A DNA stretch of 64,000 nucleotides from Octopus sinensis (GCF_006345805.1 NC_043010.1:9300001-9364000); one strand, 5' to 3'; shown: positions 1 to 13,740, counted from the first letter of the stretch. Program-made: numbers and translations. The notes: generated by a model not told the origin, from the letters alone.

Positions 1-298
1 CATGTATATACAAACACACACGCACACACACACACATACACACACAAACATACACACATATATATATTAAACACTAATAGTATTTAAAATTTATGGTAGC
101 TATTTTGGTAGAATTTTCTTCATTTAATGCAAATATAAAAGATTACATCATGACATATATATACTTCACCATCATCAGGTAAAATCTTAAACATGTAAGA
201 TTTTAAACATCGGCCTAGATATAGTCATCATTAGCCATTTCTGTCATCTTACGAGTTGATGTGCCTTAATTCTTGTGAATATATATAACAAATTATAT

Positions 299-335
<37 letters not shown>

Positions 336-565
336 CTTTATTTTAAGCAGCAGAAAATTCAACAAAATCTGTTACTCTGAGTTTCTCGTTGCCGTTCATC
401 AGACAGTTTTTGCTAGCAAAAACTGTCTGATGAACGGCAACGAGAAACTCAGAGTAACAGATTTTGTTGAATTTTCTGCTGCTTAAAATAAAGCATATTA
501 CTCTACCACTGGTATTTGAGTACTCTTTTTTTCCACCTTGTTTCACATTTATGTGTTTACTCCGG
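336..565 (+). mobile_element. Fold-back Penelope-like (PLE) terminal fragment in a (TA)n tract; perfect 158-bp palindrome 336-493 plus 3' tail
   Basis: 336-414 is the exact reverse complement of 415-493 (centre GCTAGC); carries a hammerhead on each strand and AATAAA at ~487; flanked by (TA)n; same family at 55607-55874. Confidence 0.8.
423..460 (+). ncRNA. Minimal type-I hammerhead ribozyme motif (mirror copy on - strand at 369-406)
   Basis: ctgt-CTGATGA-a-cg(gcaa)cg-a-GAAA-ctcagag-TA-acag: stem I ctgt/acag, canonical core, very short stem II with GNRA loop, stem III ctc/gag, GUA site. Confidence 0.8.
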
Positions 566-585
566 TATATATATATATATATATA

Positions 586-795
586 GTTAATCCAAACAAG
601 AAAACACAAGAAAACACAACAACGCGAGGACGTGGAACAAATATAGTATTATTGGACGCTCAGGAAAGAAGGAAAGAAGGAGGGTTTAACGTTTCGAGCG
701 GAGCTCTTCGTCGGAAACATAGGAGAAGGAAAGATCCCGAGAAGGAAAGACAGAGGAAAAAAATCGCCAATGGTACACACGAGGTCACATTTTGA
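586..795 (-). mobile_element. PLE-like terminal fragment (family 2) in (TA)n
   Basis: Near-identical copy at 28685-28843; contains a hammerhead at 684-718; starts at a (TA)n tract. Confidence 0.7.
684..718 (-). ncRNA. Minimal hammerhead motif, CCGACGA core variant
   Basis: Minus strand gttt-CCGACGA-a-gagc(tcc)gctc-GAAA-cg-TT-aaac; stem III reduced to the AACGTT palindrome. Confidence 0.65.
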
Positions 796-1324
796 CTTAT
801 ATGTGTTGTGTGTGCATTATATATTTATATACATATAGCTTTAACAATATTATACTTTTATAGTGAATTAGACTGATAGGGTTGTTAGAACATTGGACAC
901 AATATCTTGTGGTCTTTCTTTCTGAATCCCTACCTTCTGAGTTCAAGTCCTGCTAAAGTTGGCTTTTCCTCTCATTCTTTTTGAGTCCATAAAATAAAGT
1001 ACCAGTTAAGTATGGATGTTAATTTCACCAACCAACCCTATGCTTCTCATTCATATTTAGGCCTTGTGTTTATATCAGAAACAATAATGAAATAATGCCT
1101 ATTGACACCTCAGCATGGCTGTTCCATAAGAACCGATGTTACTATCATTTTAACCCCAGGAGGACGCCTGCCCAGCTTGTAATAAAATGGTACTAAATTT
1201 GGTTCTTACAGAAGAGCCAGGTTGAAGTGATGATAAACATTACTTCTCAGCATAGTTATTGCTTTCATTTCTTATAGCAATTTTCTAACAAGATAATTTG
1301 TTTAATTACAAAATATTAAAAAAA

Positions 1325-1722
1325 TCTTTATATATAAAATTGAAGTTGTGTGTCTGTCTCCTACGATTTAGATTCCTAACTACTCCTACATTTTCCGGTG
1401 CAGTTTAACCAAAACCGGGTATCTTATAGTCGTGATTCATATCGAGCCCTTCTGGGTATTAGCATGCGTCTACAATGAGTCTACGATTTAAAAAAAAATT
1501 TACCATAATTTTTTTCCATTTCAATGCATTTTTTCGCTATTATATAAGGGAAGTAACTCTCTAAAAATGTCTACGATGAGTCAACGATTTAAAAAAAAAT
1601 TTACCATCATTTTTTTTCCCTTTTTAATGCATTTTTTTTGCTATTTTTTGGCTATAACTCTCTAAAAATGCTTATATAGTTATTTCCCTTACAAACCCGA
1701 GCAACCCGGGCAATACTGCTAG
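1325..1722 (+). mobile_element. Non-autonomous Helitron
   Basis: 5' A|TC start, 3' CTAG|T end, GC hairpin cccg..cggg at 1696-1710 just upstream of the 3' end, internal ~100-bp duplication. Confidence 0.75.
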
Positions 1723-2355
1723 TCTTATATAAAGCTTTTCATGGTATGATTGAACCAAGTTTTTTTTCTTTCAGCTGTAAGGAATTCCTTGAACTTCTGA
1801 ACAAGAAATTTTGACCAGAACTTGTGTGATTCAGTCCTGAGCTGATAATCTTGCAATGTGGTATATTGCCAGATTAGATGCTCACAGTTCTCAGTCGACT
1901 CAATAAAATGTCCTAAGTAATATTTAGCACTTATGAGCATGCCGCAACGTTTTTCACCTATGATTCCTTATTAAGGAGAAACATAAAGCCAAATATCTAA
2001 TGCACTCATTTTAGAGACATACAATAAGAGAAGAAGAAGCATCTTATAATTGCTATTAAAACTCAGATAAGTGAAAATAAAAACCTCTGTTGGAATACTA
2101 TGATCATGCCTAGGGTTTTAACTTGTTAATACAAGTGAAATTATATGTCAACAAGTTGCATAGTGCTAGGATTTTTGTCATAAATATATCTGAATCAGCT
2201 GTTTTATCAGGCCCAACATGTGGTTATGTGTATGAGTTTCTGTATATGTACATACATTTGTGTATGTGTATATATATATATATATACGTGCATTTATATA
2301 TACATGCATATATATGTATATGTATGTGCATATATTATGTACATATATGTATTTA

Positions 2356-2397
<42 letters not shown>

Positions 2398-2502
2398 TAT
2401 ATACATATATGTACATACCTACATATATGTATATATGCATATATATATATATATGCATATATACATATATGTACATACCTACATATATATGTATATATGC
2501 AT

Positions 2503-2616
2503 GCATATATGGGTACAGGACGTAAAAAAACGTGAACAAAATCATTGTTTTTGCTTTTTTATGTGCTTGTTTTTCATTTTGTTCACGTCTTTTTAACATC
2601 CTGTACCCATATATGC
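2503..2616. repeat. Short imperfect inverted repeat (~40-bp arms) inside TA/CA microsatellite
   Basis: gcatatatgggtacaggacg..aacaaaat (2503-2542) vs attttgttcacgt..cctgtacccatatatgc (2576-2616). Confidence 0.8.
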
Positions 2617-3202
2617 CTGTGTATATACATACATACATACATATATATATATATATAAGGATATAGAGATTCATAGGTGAACGTAGATAGCAATATAAAC
2701 TGACAGATGCCTAGATATAGATAGTGTTATAAATATAGATGAATAAGTACATAGACAGATCTAACTCAAGATAAGTGATGGTAGACAGATATAACTTTTG
2801 ATATATATTTACTTGCTTAGATATACCCTGATGGATGCTTAGATATGAAAAAGTAGAGTTTATATCAATAAATATATATATATACATACATATACTGGAG
2901 CTTATATATATATACTTGTATATATATATATAAATATATATGTATATATATATGTGTGTGTGTATGTATTTATAATATATATATGTGTGTATGTGTGTAT
3001 GTATATATGTGTCTGTGTATGGATGTATGTATTTGTGTACATATGTGTATATGTTTATTATGCATACGGTTATATGCATTTTGTCCCAGAGCCAGTCAAA
3101 GTTTCCTGAATACCTTTTACTTTTGATATTTGATATTTTAGCAAATTTTAAAACAGGTTTATACCACATAAATTGTAAGCATGCCCTCGTTTAAATATAT
3201 AT

Positions 3203-3240
<38 letters not shown>

Positions 3241-3353
3241 CTATATATATATATATATATATATTGAGAGAGAGAGACGTATATATCTATATAAGTGTGT
3301 ATACGTATATATGAATATATATGTATATATATATATATCATATATATATATAT

Positions 3354-3391
<38 letters not shown>

Positions 3392-4014
3392 TATATGTAT
3401 ATAATGTGTGCATATATATATGGATGTAAAATTATATGCATATAAACATATACATGTGTGTGTCTATATGTGTGTATGTAAGTATGTATTAGCTACTAGA
3501 AGAACACATGTAAGATATAAATAATGTCTATATGTGTATATTATTAATACATCTGAGAGTATCATTATAGCTGAAATTAAGTATTTAAGTATTTCTTGAG
3601 ATTGTGGGGTTAGTAATTATACCGGGAGTATTAGCAACATGTTAGAAAAATGATTACAACATAAATAGGAAAATTGATTGAACTGAATAATTATAAAGAA
3701 CTTTTATCAACATAACAACATGTATAATAATAATAATGATAATAATAATAATAATGAACATTGGATTGACTAAAACAATAATAAAAACTTTATGCAAAAA
3801 AATGTAACCTTAAAGAATCAGTGAGAAATATATATGTACATATGTGTATATGTGTGTGTATATACATGAGAAAGGAAAAGTTAGATTGACAGATACAGAA
3901 AGAGATGAGTGGTGAGAAGAAAAGAGCAATAGAAAGAGTGAAGGGAAAGAGAGAGAGATAACATGTATATGTCTAAGTGTGTTTATATAATAGAATAAGT
4001 GAAATATTAGAGAA

Positions 4015-4046
<32 letters not shown>

Positions 4047-4131
4047 ATATATGTGAGAAGAAGAGAGAAACGGTAATGTATTATGAAGGAAAGAGAAAGT
4101 GAAATGAAAAGAGATAGGAAAACTAAATGTA

Positions 4132-4166
<35 letters not shown>

Positions 4167-4323
4167 AGGAGAAAGAAAGAGAGAGAAAGAGATGGAGTGA
4201 GATTGAGAGAGCCAAGAAAAATACATATAAAACTTTTACTTATATAGCCCAAGGAACTCTTTACATATGTGTATATATATGTATGTGTGTGTGTGTGTGT
4301 ATATGTGTGTAATGTATGTGTGT

Positions 4324-4360
<37 letters not shown>

Positions 4361-4868
4361 ATGCATATATATACACACGTGCGAGAGTTTGTGCTTGTAT
4401 GTATGAATATGAGAAAAGGAAAATATTGATATTTTAATAACAAACTTACTTTCTCTAAAAACTTACAACCAAAATTTCTGCCGCCGCTTCATTCCTCAAT
4501 TCTTCTTGCAACGAATTTCATATTTTCATAACATGTAATAATATAATGAAAATAACATTGGTATTAAGGTTCTTTTTTTTTTTGTTTTTCTTCAAAAAAA
4601 CCACTCAACTTGTGCCTTTGTTATTCCCTTCTGCCTACACTGATATTAAATGTTGTATCCAATTGAAAAGTTATCGGAGGAATAGCAGCTGCTGCTGCTG
4701 CTGCTGCTGTTGTTATTGCTGCTGCCACCGCTGTTGCTGCTGCTTGCTATAGCTGTCGCTGCTTATTGATATGGATGGTGGTTTTGGTGATGCTGCTGTT
4801 GTTTCATATGGTGATAGTTACACTGTTTTCCTTATGTTTATATATAATATGTATATTATATTATATAG

Positions 4869-4936
<68 letters not shown>

Positions 4937-4950
4937 ATATATATATATAT

Positions 4951-5181
4951 TCTCTTTTTACTCTTTTACTTGTTTCAGTCATTTGACTGCGGCCATGCTG
5001 GAGCACCGCCTTTTAGTCAAGCAAATCAACCCCGGGACTTATTCTTTTTGTAAGCCCAGTACTTATTCCATCGGTCTCTTTTTGCCGAAGCGCTAATGTG
5101 ACGGGGACGTAAACACACCAGCATCGGTTGTCAAGCAATGCTAGGGGGACAAACACAGACACACAAACACATACACACACA

Positions 5182-5222
<41 letters not shown>

Positions 5223-5369
5223 CAGGCTTCTTTCAGTTTCCGTCTACCAAATCCACTCACAAGGCATTGGTCGGCCCGGGGCTATAGCAGAAGACACTTG
5301 CCCAAGGTGCCACGCAGTGGGACTGAACCCGGACCATGTGGTTGGTTAGCAAGCTACTTACCACACAGC

Positions 5370-5373
<4 letters not shown>
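4951..5373 (-). mobile_element. tRNA-derived SINE family A with central microsatellite
   Basis: Reverse complement of the 15434 copy; A/B-box-like head (tggctgtgtggtaag...ggttcagtccc). Confidence 0.85.
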
Positions 5374-5414
<41 letters not shown>

Positions 5415-5710
5415 ATATATATATTCATATCATTTTAATCCTGTTGTTGCGACCGTTACATCTGTTGTTATCAATGCTGTTATTAATAGTTTACTGTCAT
5501 TATGTTTAGATTACGAATGTTGTTGTTGCTGTTGTTGTGACTGTTGTTTTTACTCTTGTATAACCCCAGATCAGCTTTAATTAATTAATCATCCAAACTT
5601 ATAATCAAATTGCATGCAATCCATCCATGACCATTCCATATTGTGTTCAGACACAGCGTTATCCAAATTACAATGATCCATGTGCCCATTGCACTTATTT
5701 TGAAGGTGGT

Positions 5711-6058
5711 GGTGGTGGTGTGCAATCCAGGGTGGGTAAGGAAAAGGTTTAGCTGCTATCTCTAGCAAACTGAAAACTTGTGTACAGACTTCCTCTTTGA
5801 CATGCTGTTGTAAATGTTGTTGGTGGTGGTGTGCAATCCAGGGTGGGTAAGGAAAAGGTTTAGCTGCTATCTCTAGCAAACTGAAAACTTGTGTACAGAC
5901 TTCCTCTTTGACATGCTGATGTAAATGTTGTTGGTGGTGGTGTGCAATCCAGGGTGGGTAAGGAAAAGGTTTAGCTGCTATCTCTAGCAAACTGAAAACT
6001 TGTGTACAGACTCTCCCTCTTTGACATGCTGTTGTAAATGTTGTTGGTGGTGGTGGTG
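5711..6058. repeat. Tandem repeat, 111-bp unit x3
   Basis: tgcaatccagggtggg recurs at 5721, 5832 and 5943; units almost identical. Confidence 0.95.
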
Positions 6059-6561
6059 CTACTAATTTTGTTCTTGTTATTGTTAATATAAAGTTGTAGC
6101 TAATATTCTAGATGGAGGTGATTGTGGTGGGGGTAGCTGATATTTGGTGTTTTAACTGTTGTTGTTGTTGCTGCAGTTACTCTCCCCATCCATCATCCTC
6201 ATAGCACTTCCCACTTGAACAGTTGACAAACTAATATTCTGGAAACACACGAAAAGAGAAGAAAATAACAACAACAACAATAAACAACGACAAAAACGAG
6301 AATGGAAATATGGAAAAAAAACAATAACGAGTAAAACATTAAACAGAGCCAGGTAAAAATGTGACTATGTAAACTAAGAGTCCCAGAAAGATTTAAATGT
6401 ATGTGTGTATCCGTGTGCTTAAGTGACTCTACTAATTTAGAATGTGCTCACTTGGGGTTGTGTGAAACTGTGTGTGTCTCATATGCAAATATATATATAC
6501 ACACACATTCATACATACATACATACATACATACATACATACATACATTCATACATACATA

Positions 6562-6606
<45 letters not shown>

Positions 6607-6652
6607 CATATATATATATATATACATATATATATGTATTTATATATATTAT

Positions 6653-6686
<34 letters not shown>

Positions 6687-7014
6687 AATATATATATATA
6701 CATATATATATGTATTTATATATATTATGTATTTATGTATTATATACACATATATATATAATGTAAACATCAGCTAATGGATGACTGATTACAACTCATT
6801 TGATTGCTAAAGCAAAGCCCTGCCATCAAATGTAGAAGCAAATATAAGTGGTCAACACTTTATTATTTTACTTAGGCATATATTTGTGTACAAACACAGG
6901 CATCAAGGATTATACATGCATTCATGTACATGGACGTATAGATAAATACATGCATATACATACATATATACATACCATATATATATACACACACACACAC
7001 ACCATATTATATAA

Positions 7015-7045
<31 letters not shown>

Positions 7046-7084
7046 TGTCACTGGGTTACAAATGGTTAATCGATTGAATCAACT

Positions 7085-7126
<42 letters not shown>

Positions 7127-7791
7127 TATATACATATATATATATATATGCATATATATACATATATATATATACACACACATACACACACATAAATGTA
7201 TATATGTGTGTATGTATTTGATAATGCATATGAATAACACAGAAAAACATGACATATCACATGTAAGATTCGAACACTCTTTTAACCTTGAGACTGAGAG
7301 GAACTTTTAGCTTTATAGAAGATATGAAAACCTCTCTGGTGTGCTGGTGTTACACTTTGGTATTTAGAAAGGCGTCCAGTCATAGAAGAAGCACAAAATG
7401 TAGCTTGCAATTAAGATGAGGTTCTTCAATCCATCTTGAAAAGCAGCATTGGCATAACAGGATGTAAAAGTAGATGTAAAATGAGGAGGACAAAGATGAT
7501 GTTGATAATGATGAAGATATATATAGTGTACATAAATATAAATTTTGTGCATGCATATATAAATATATATGATAACACTGAACAATGAGAATGAGTGCTC
7601 AACATTGCATTGGTGGATAAATATTCTGTTTTTTGAGTTAACAAGGTGACCAATGAGAGATTTCTCTACGCATGAAAACATTGGTAGCCTTTCTACCCAC
7701 AAATAAAGCATACATATACATATATATACATACATACATATATATATATACCCATGCTAGCATGGAAAATGGACGTTAAACGATGACGATG

Positions 7792-7848
<57 letters not shown>

Positions 7849-7851
<3 letters not shown>

Positions 7852-8050
7852 TGCTGGAGTAGTTGTATGCCTTCCAACCACATGGATCTGAGTTCAGTCC
7901 TACTTCATGGCTCCTTGGGCAAGTGTTTTTCTACTATAGCCTCGAGTTGACCAAAGCCTTCTGAGTGGATTTGGTAGATGGAAACTGAAAGAAACATGTT
8001 GTATATATATATATATATATATAATATGTGTGTGTGTATCTGTGTCTGTG
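7849..8050 (+). mobile_element. SINE family A, degenerate 5' half
   Basis: Matches the head and gtggatttggtagatggaaactgaaagaa segment of family A. Confidence 0.7.
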
Positions 8051-10597
8051 TATATATACATATCTATATATGTATGCATAGTAATAAAGATAGATAGATA
8101 GATACATAGAGAGAGAGAGAGTGATCTTATATACATTTCGTATAAATTGAAGGAGAATCTATGTAGATAGACAGTCTTGTCTGTACGAATGGAATGTATA
8201 CAAATGTGTTTGAGAATTTTTAATGATACAGATTCTCACTGGTCACATTTTAAAAATATTTCTTTCTTTTTGTCAATAGAATTAGAAATACCGCTTTCCA
8301 ATACAAAAATCAAAGAAAATGCAAACCTTGACTGCATTTTCAAAAAAAAAAAAAAATTTATATATGTGTGTTCATAGTTACTTTTTATTTATTTATTTTG
8401 CTATTATATTTATTTATTTATTTATTTGGTAATGCTAAAGTCTAAGGAATCATTTTCCATTAGTAATTGACAAATTTTTAAGATAGAAAACTAACTTTCA
8501 TGGAGAAGTTTATAGATATAAAATTATTGGAACTCAGGTATACTAAATGGAATCTATGTTCAGTGATTCTGTATTTCTCAATATTTTTGGAAAAGTATGT
8601 TTACTTTCTTTGGAGTAGACCAGCAATGGAATGAAAGCAAATTATTGATTTTTTATCTTTTACTATCAGAAATATCCATTTTCCAAGTTTATTTATCCTT
8701 CCTACTTCAATGTATTGAATATCATTTGATTGCATTTTATATACAACAAATAAATAAACAAATAAAAATAAAAATAAAATAAAATGGGTCAATGCACAAC
8801 TTCTTTTCCTTCCTTCCTTCCTTCCAAAAATCAACAAAATAAAGTAAAAAAAAAAAAATAACAACTAAACATACAAAAAAAAGCAAAGTTTAAGAAAAAT
8901 ATATACTAAAATCTCTAAAAGGTGTTGCGAGCCAAACGAGGTTTTTTTTTTTTTGCATTTTGCTTGTTTTGCTTTTTTTTTCCCCTCTCTTTTCTTTTTT
9001 AAGACTTTTCAAGTCAGCAAATAACAAATATTTTTTCTTGTGTTGTTTATAGATGAAGCGAAAAACATTGCCAGCATTTCCCATTCAAACAGTTATCTCC
9101 ATAGAAGATAACTGTACTTGTCTTTTGTCTTCGGTATCTGGTCACTGACATCTGAATCTGCAGCTTCTTAGTTTTAAAAACTCTCTTTACCGAATTCCAG
9201 TTCGTTTGCTTTCTTTAGCCAATACACATTTTATAACATATACATTTGAAAGAAATGAAATACAAAAAAAAAAAAAGAAATGATTACTATCTCTTTCTGC
9301 TTTTTTTTTTTTTTACATTTTTTTTATCTTCTTTTTCTTTCGTTTTAAGAACAGATGCTAAGCAGTGAGTTTTTATTTAATAGAAAGTAATTCAAGAAGG
9401 ATTTTAACTAATTTAATCTGCCAGGGATTAGTGTTTCTGGTGATTGTGTTGTATAAAAATGGCATTAATTATATTAAAAGGCACATGTGATGATTGAAGA
9501 ATTCATTTGAGGTTTTCTTTTTGGAATTCTAATAAAGTGAAATGACATGCTTGTGCGCAAAAATGAGTAACAATAAAAAAACAAATGCCACAAAAAACTC
9601 ACCCAAAAGCTCCACTGCACAATATGATGCATGGCTGTTCTCTTTCCAAAGTACTTCGATAATCTCTGCAGAGAAATCTTTCACTAAAATGCAGTTAGAG
9701 AATTTTTTTTACTTCTTCTTTTATTTAGATATTTTTTTTTCCAATGAAGTATTTGAGGTGGGGGGTGTGGCAGGCTTAAACCAGAAAAAGATTCCAAAGA
9801 TGAATTAGTGTTAAACCTGTATGAGACATTTTAAATTATGGAAATGAAGAAAAATTGCAATTAGACTGAAAATCTTCTGCCATCATTACCAAAAATGTTG
9901 CAACTTAGATTTATTATCTTGAGTTCTGGGTTCTATTTTGTGATTGGATCATTTTCGGGATTCACAATTCGGACAAAAGCATTATTGCGAATATAGTTCC
10001 TCTAGAATTTAAAAAATCTTCTAGAAGAAGGAAAAAGAAAATGATACTCTTTTTGATGTTTGAAGATTTTGGAAATAGATATTCATATGCAAAATGCTCC
10101 AAAATCATTTGAAGTCAAAATTACCAAAGATGAATTTGCGAAATATTCTGGCCTGATAAGTCATGTTAAAACAGTTTAATGAGTTAGCTGTAAATTATTT
10201 CTTTTAGAATTTAGAATAACATTCATTTTTAGCAATATAGGCTGTAAACATTTGGCATTCGATTTGCTTCCATGATTGTTTTTGGAAAGGACTTCATAGT
10301 TATCTTGGGAGTAGCAACTTATTGGTCCAGTGAATTCCAAACTTTCTACCTCTAACCTTGTTTTACTGTTTTGTTTTGTTTTGTTTTGTTTCTTATTTAT
10401 TTAATTGTTTATTATCAAACTCATAGGCTCTCTTTTTCTCTTTCTGCCTCTGTTACAATTTACATCATTGTAGCAACTTTTTATTTACTCTCTCTTCCTA
10501 TCTTCTTCCCTCTCTCTATGTATATACGTATGTATGAATGAATGTATGTATGTGTATGTATCTATGGAGGTATATATTATATATGTATAAATATATG

Positions 10598-10641
<44 letters not shown>

Positions 10642-11844
10642 GATATAATATTATATATATATACACACATACACACACCCACAGAGAGAGATGAGAGAGA
10701 GAGAGAGAGAGAGAGCCAAAAAGAGATCAAGAAAGAGAGATGAATATGCGTGTGCTTGCACATGTATTTGCGTGTGTGTGTGTGCATCTTCCTTCTTACT
10801 CTGTGTTTCTTGCCTGTTCACACTTTCTACCTCCGCTCAGTTTCTTCAATATCGTAAGGAAAACAAAAATAAAAAAGAAAAAGAAACCGTAAAAACAAAA
10901 CAAACAAAAGTACAAAAAAAAAGAGGTGAAAAGTAAAGGAATTGAAGAATTTTTATTTCGTTTTCTTATCTCAATCTTAAGAGGTGGTGGCACATACAGA
11001 CTTGATGTTTGCATATTCATACAGATAACTTTCTTTATCCCTTCAGCTCCAGGCTGAATTTTGCGGACAAGTCATTGCTTTCCGTCTTTTGATCTGAATG
11101 GTTACATTCAGTTAAGAAGTGTTTACTTATGCCGATCTCTCAGCAGGGAATTATTGCATGCTGCGAAGCCAGAGTGCTGGAGCTAACATTCACTAATAAA
11201 TGCATTATTAAGAACATCTTGGTGTACAAGAAAACTTAATGCATTAATAGAGAAAGGTGTAGGAACCTACACCAAAAGGCATGAAGCTTCTTGACTTGTA
11301 GCAAGATTTTACCAGTTTCTAGGTATATTACCCCGAGGCTAATGTTTGATTAAATATCTTTTGGATATTAACTATAGCTCTACTGCTGCTGCTGCTGCTG
11401 CTGTGGCTGATGGTGGTGATGGTGGTGATGGTGGTGGTGGTGGTGGTGGTGGCTTTTTTTTTTTTTATCCTCCAAAGCGTGAAATAGCGTTATTTCTACT
11501 GCTATTTCAGCACCTTGTTAGATTAGACATGGAAAGCGGACAAATAAAAGAGGAAAGAAATGAATGAATAAGTAATGAAATGAGTCAGTAAATAAATATT
11601 TGATTATGATTGAGGAGAAGCTTCTTATTATAAAGAATTGCATTTACTTGCCGCCTTGCTTCATTTTGTTTGTGTTCCAGATTTTTACTGACATTTCGGC
11701 AAATTTTAGCTCTAATCAAATATTGAGAGCAATTCTTTAATTTCGATCTTAATTTTGTCTCTAAGAACCGAGAACTTTAGTAGATTAATTCAGTAAGGTG
11801 CTTGATTGTCTAACTGCTGAAATGTTGATCATATATGTGAGCAT

Positions 11845-11861
11845 GCACACGCGTGCATGTA

Positions 11862-11899
<38 letters not shown>

Positions 11900-12092
11900 T
11901 GTGTGTGTGTGTGTTTTGTGTATGTGTGTGTGTGTTTGTGTGTTTGCATGTGTGTGTTTGTGTTTGTGTTTGTGTGTGTGTGTGTGTGTGGTGTGTGTGT
12001 GTGTGTTTGTGTGTGTATGTATGTGTGTGTGTATGTGTGTGTTTGTGTGTGTGTGTGTGTGTTTGTATGTGTGTGTGTGTGTGTGTGTGTAT
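11845..12092. repeat. (GT)n-rich compound microsatellite
   Basis: Direct inspection. Confidence 0.95.
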
Positions 12093-13508
12093 GAGTGAGA
12101 TCTGTTGCTTACCTTTGCAGGATCTCTTGCAAAAACACTCAATCCTCAATGACTTCAATATTCATTCCAGCTTCTAGTAATCTGAGTTCAAATTTCTATC
12201 AAGATCAACTTACCCTGTCATTAATCCTGGGTTTTGATGAATTAAGTACACGTCTAAGGTAGTGAGTGGATTGGTACGATTACTAGAACACTGGACAAAA
12301 TACTTTGCAGTATATATTTCAAATATTTACATTCTAAGTTCAAATCTTATTGTGACTCACATGGATGTAGACTTAATCCATCACTTGATTAAAGAATCAC
12401 CACCACTTAGGTTCTTGAGTGTCATTCACAGAGTCCTCATGGTTGTCAACATTTAAATGGAGATATTTTCTTTCATCTCTGCCACTATTCTTTCAGGCCC
12501 TCTCATAGGTCTTGGACACTGCCTTCAAACTGAACTAATTGATTAACATAATGTTGCTGTTGTTGTTATTGCTACCACTGTTTAACTCTGACCATGGTGA
12601 TCTATGACCCAAGACATTCCACCCATAACTATACCATCTTTTTAAAGAGATACCTAGGAATACATTATCTCATTCATAATATACACAGATTATTAGAGTA
12701 TGACTTGAAGAGATCTCACTGTTATTTCTGGTAGGTTCAACCACCAAATAGAAGAGTGCTTGCAACTACCGTAGAATTATTGCCCAGGCAGCTAAATCTG
12801 GTTCAGGTTAAATATCTAGCTGTGGCATTAATGAAAGAGTTATTCTTAGACTGAAGACTTGACCCAAATTCTTACAATAAAGTGGACTCCACTAAATATA
12901 AACAAGAGTCATGTGGTGGTGTCAATCTGGGTGACAAAATAAGTTTAGCCATCTAACAACAAGAATAATTCATCAGACAAGCTTTCACAATTTCTATTTA
13001 CCAAATTTCACTTACAAGGATATGGTTGGCTCAAATCTAGAGTATAAGACATTTGCTCAAGATATCACTCAAGGTGAGTGAACCACAGAACTTGATGATG
13101 TGAAATAAACACTTTTCAATTACAGAGCAACAATGCCTTTTATTATATTTCAAATATGGAATTAGCAATTAGAATAGTATCAATGTGTTATCTCTATGCT
13201 TTGTTTAATTTCTTTGTTGGTGGTCGTGTGAACAATCTAGAACATGATCATCAAAACCAAATGATTATTTACATTTAGGTTTTGTGGAAGAGTGTTGTGT
13301 CGACTCCCCCAGATGATGAAGTAGACTAGCCCAATATGTAGATATAGAGGGAGAGTAGAGTTGAGAGCAGAGCTGAGTAGCGGTGAGAGGGAACAGTAGA
13401 ATAGTTGAGAGCAGAGTGGAGTTGAGTAGAGGTCATCTGAACGTGTGACATAACAGAGAGTGACTAGCTTAATTTGGAAAGTCAGATATATATGTTGAAA
13501 TATATATA

Positions 13509-13740
13509 AGGCGGCGAGCTGGCAGAAACGTTAGCATGCCGGGCGAAATGCGTAGCCGTATTTCGTCGGCCGTTACGTTCTGAGTTCAAATTCTGCCAAG
13601 GTCGACTTTGCCTTTCATCCTTTCGGGGTCGATAAATTAAGTACCAGTTATGCACTGGGGTCGATATAATCGACTTAATCCGTCTGTTTGTCCTTGTTTG
13701 TCCCCTCTGTGTTTAGCCCCTTGTGGGTAGTAAAGAAATA
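13509..13740 (+). mobile_element. tRNA-derived SINE family B with Nin/Deu-domain-like core
   Basis: ggcggcgagctggcagaa...gagttcaaatt head; gcctttcatcctttcggggtcgataaattaagtaccag core; copies at 41719, 48293 and 63342. Confidence 0.85.

Noticed and set aside
165-210. CTGATGA on the minus strand next to a small aaaatctt/aagatttt inverted repeat
   Set aside because: No properly ordered GAAA and stem III downstream on that strand; cannot be folded as a hammerhead.
5589-5990. 133-aa repetitive His/Gln-rich ORF
   Set aside because: Arises from a 111-bp tandem triplication; no ATG or splice support and no recognisable homology.
9060-9180. Possible microRNA hairpin
   Set aside because: Stem is only 10 bp and I recognise no known mature miRNA sequence.
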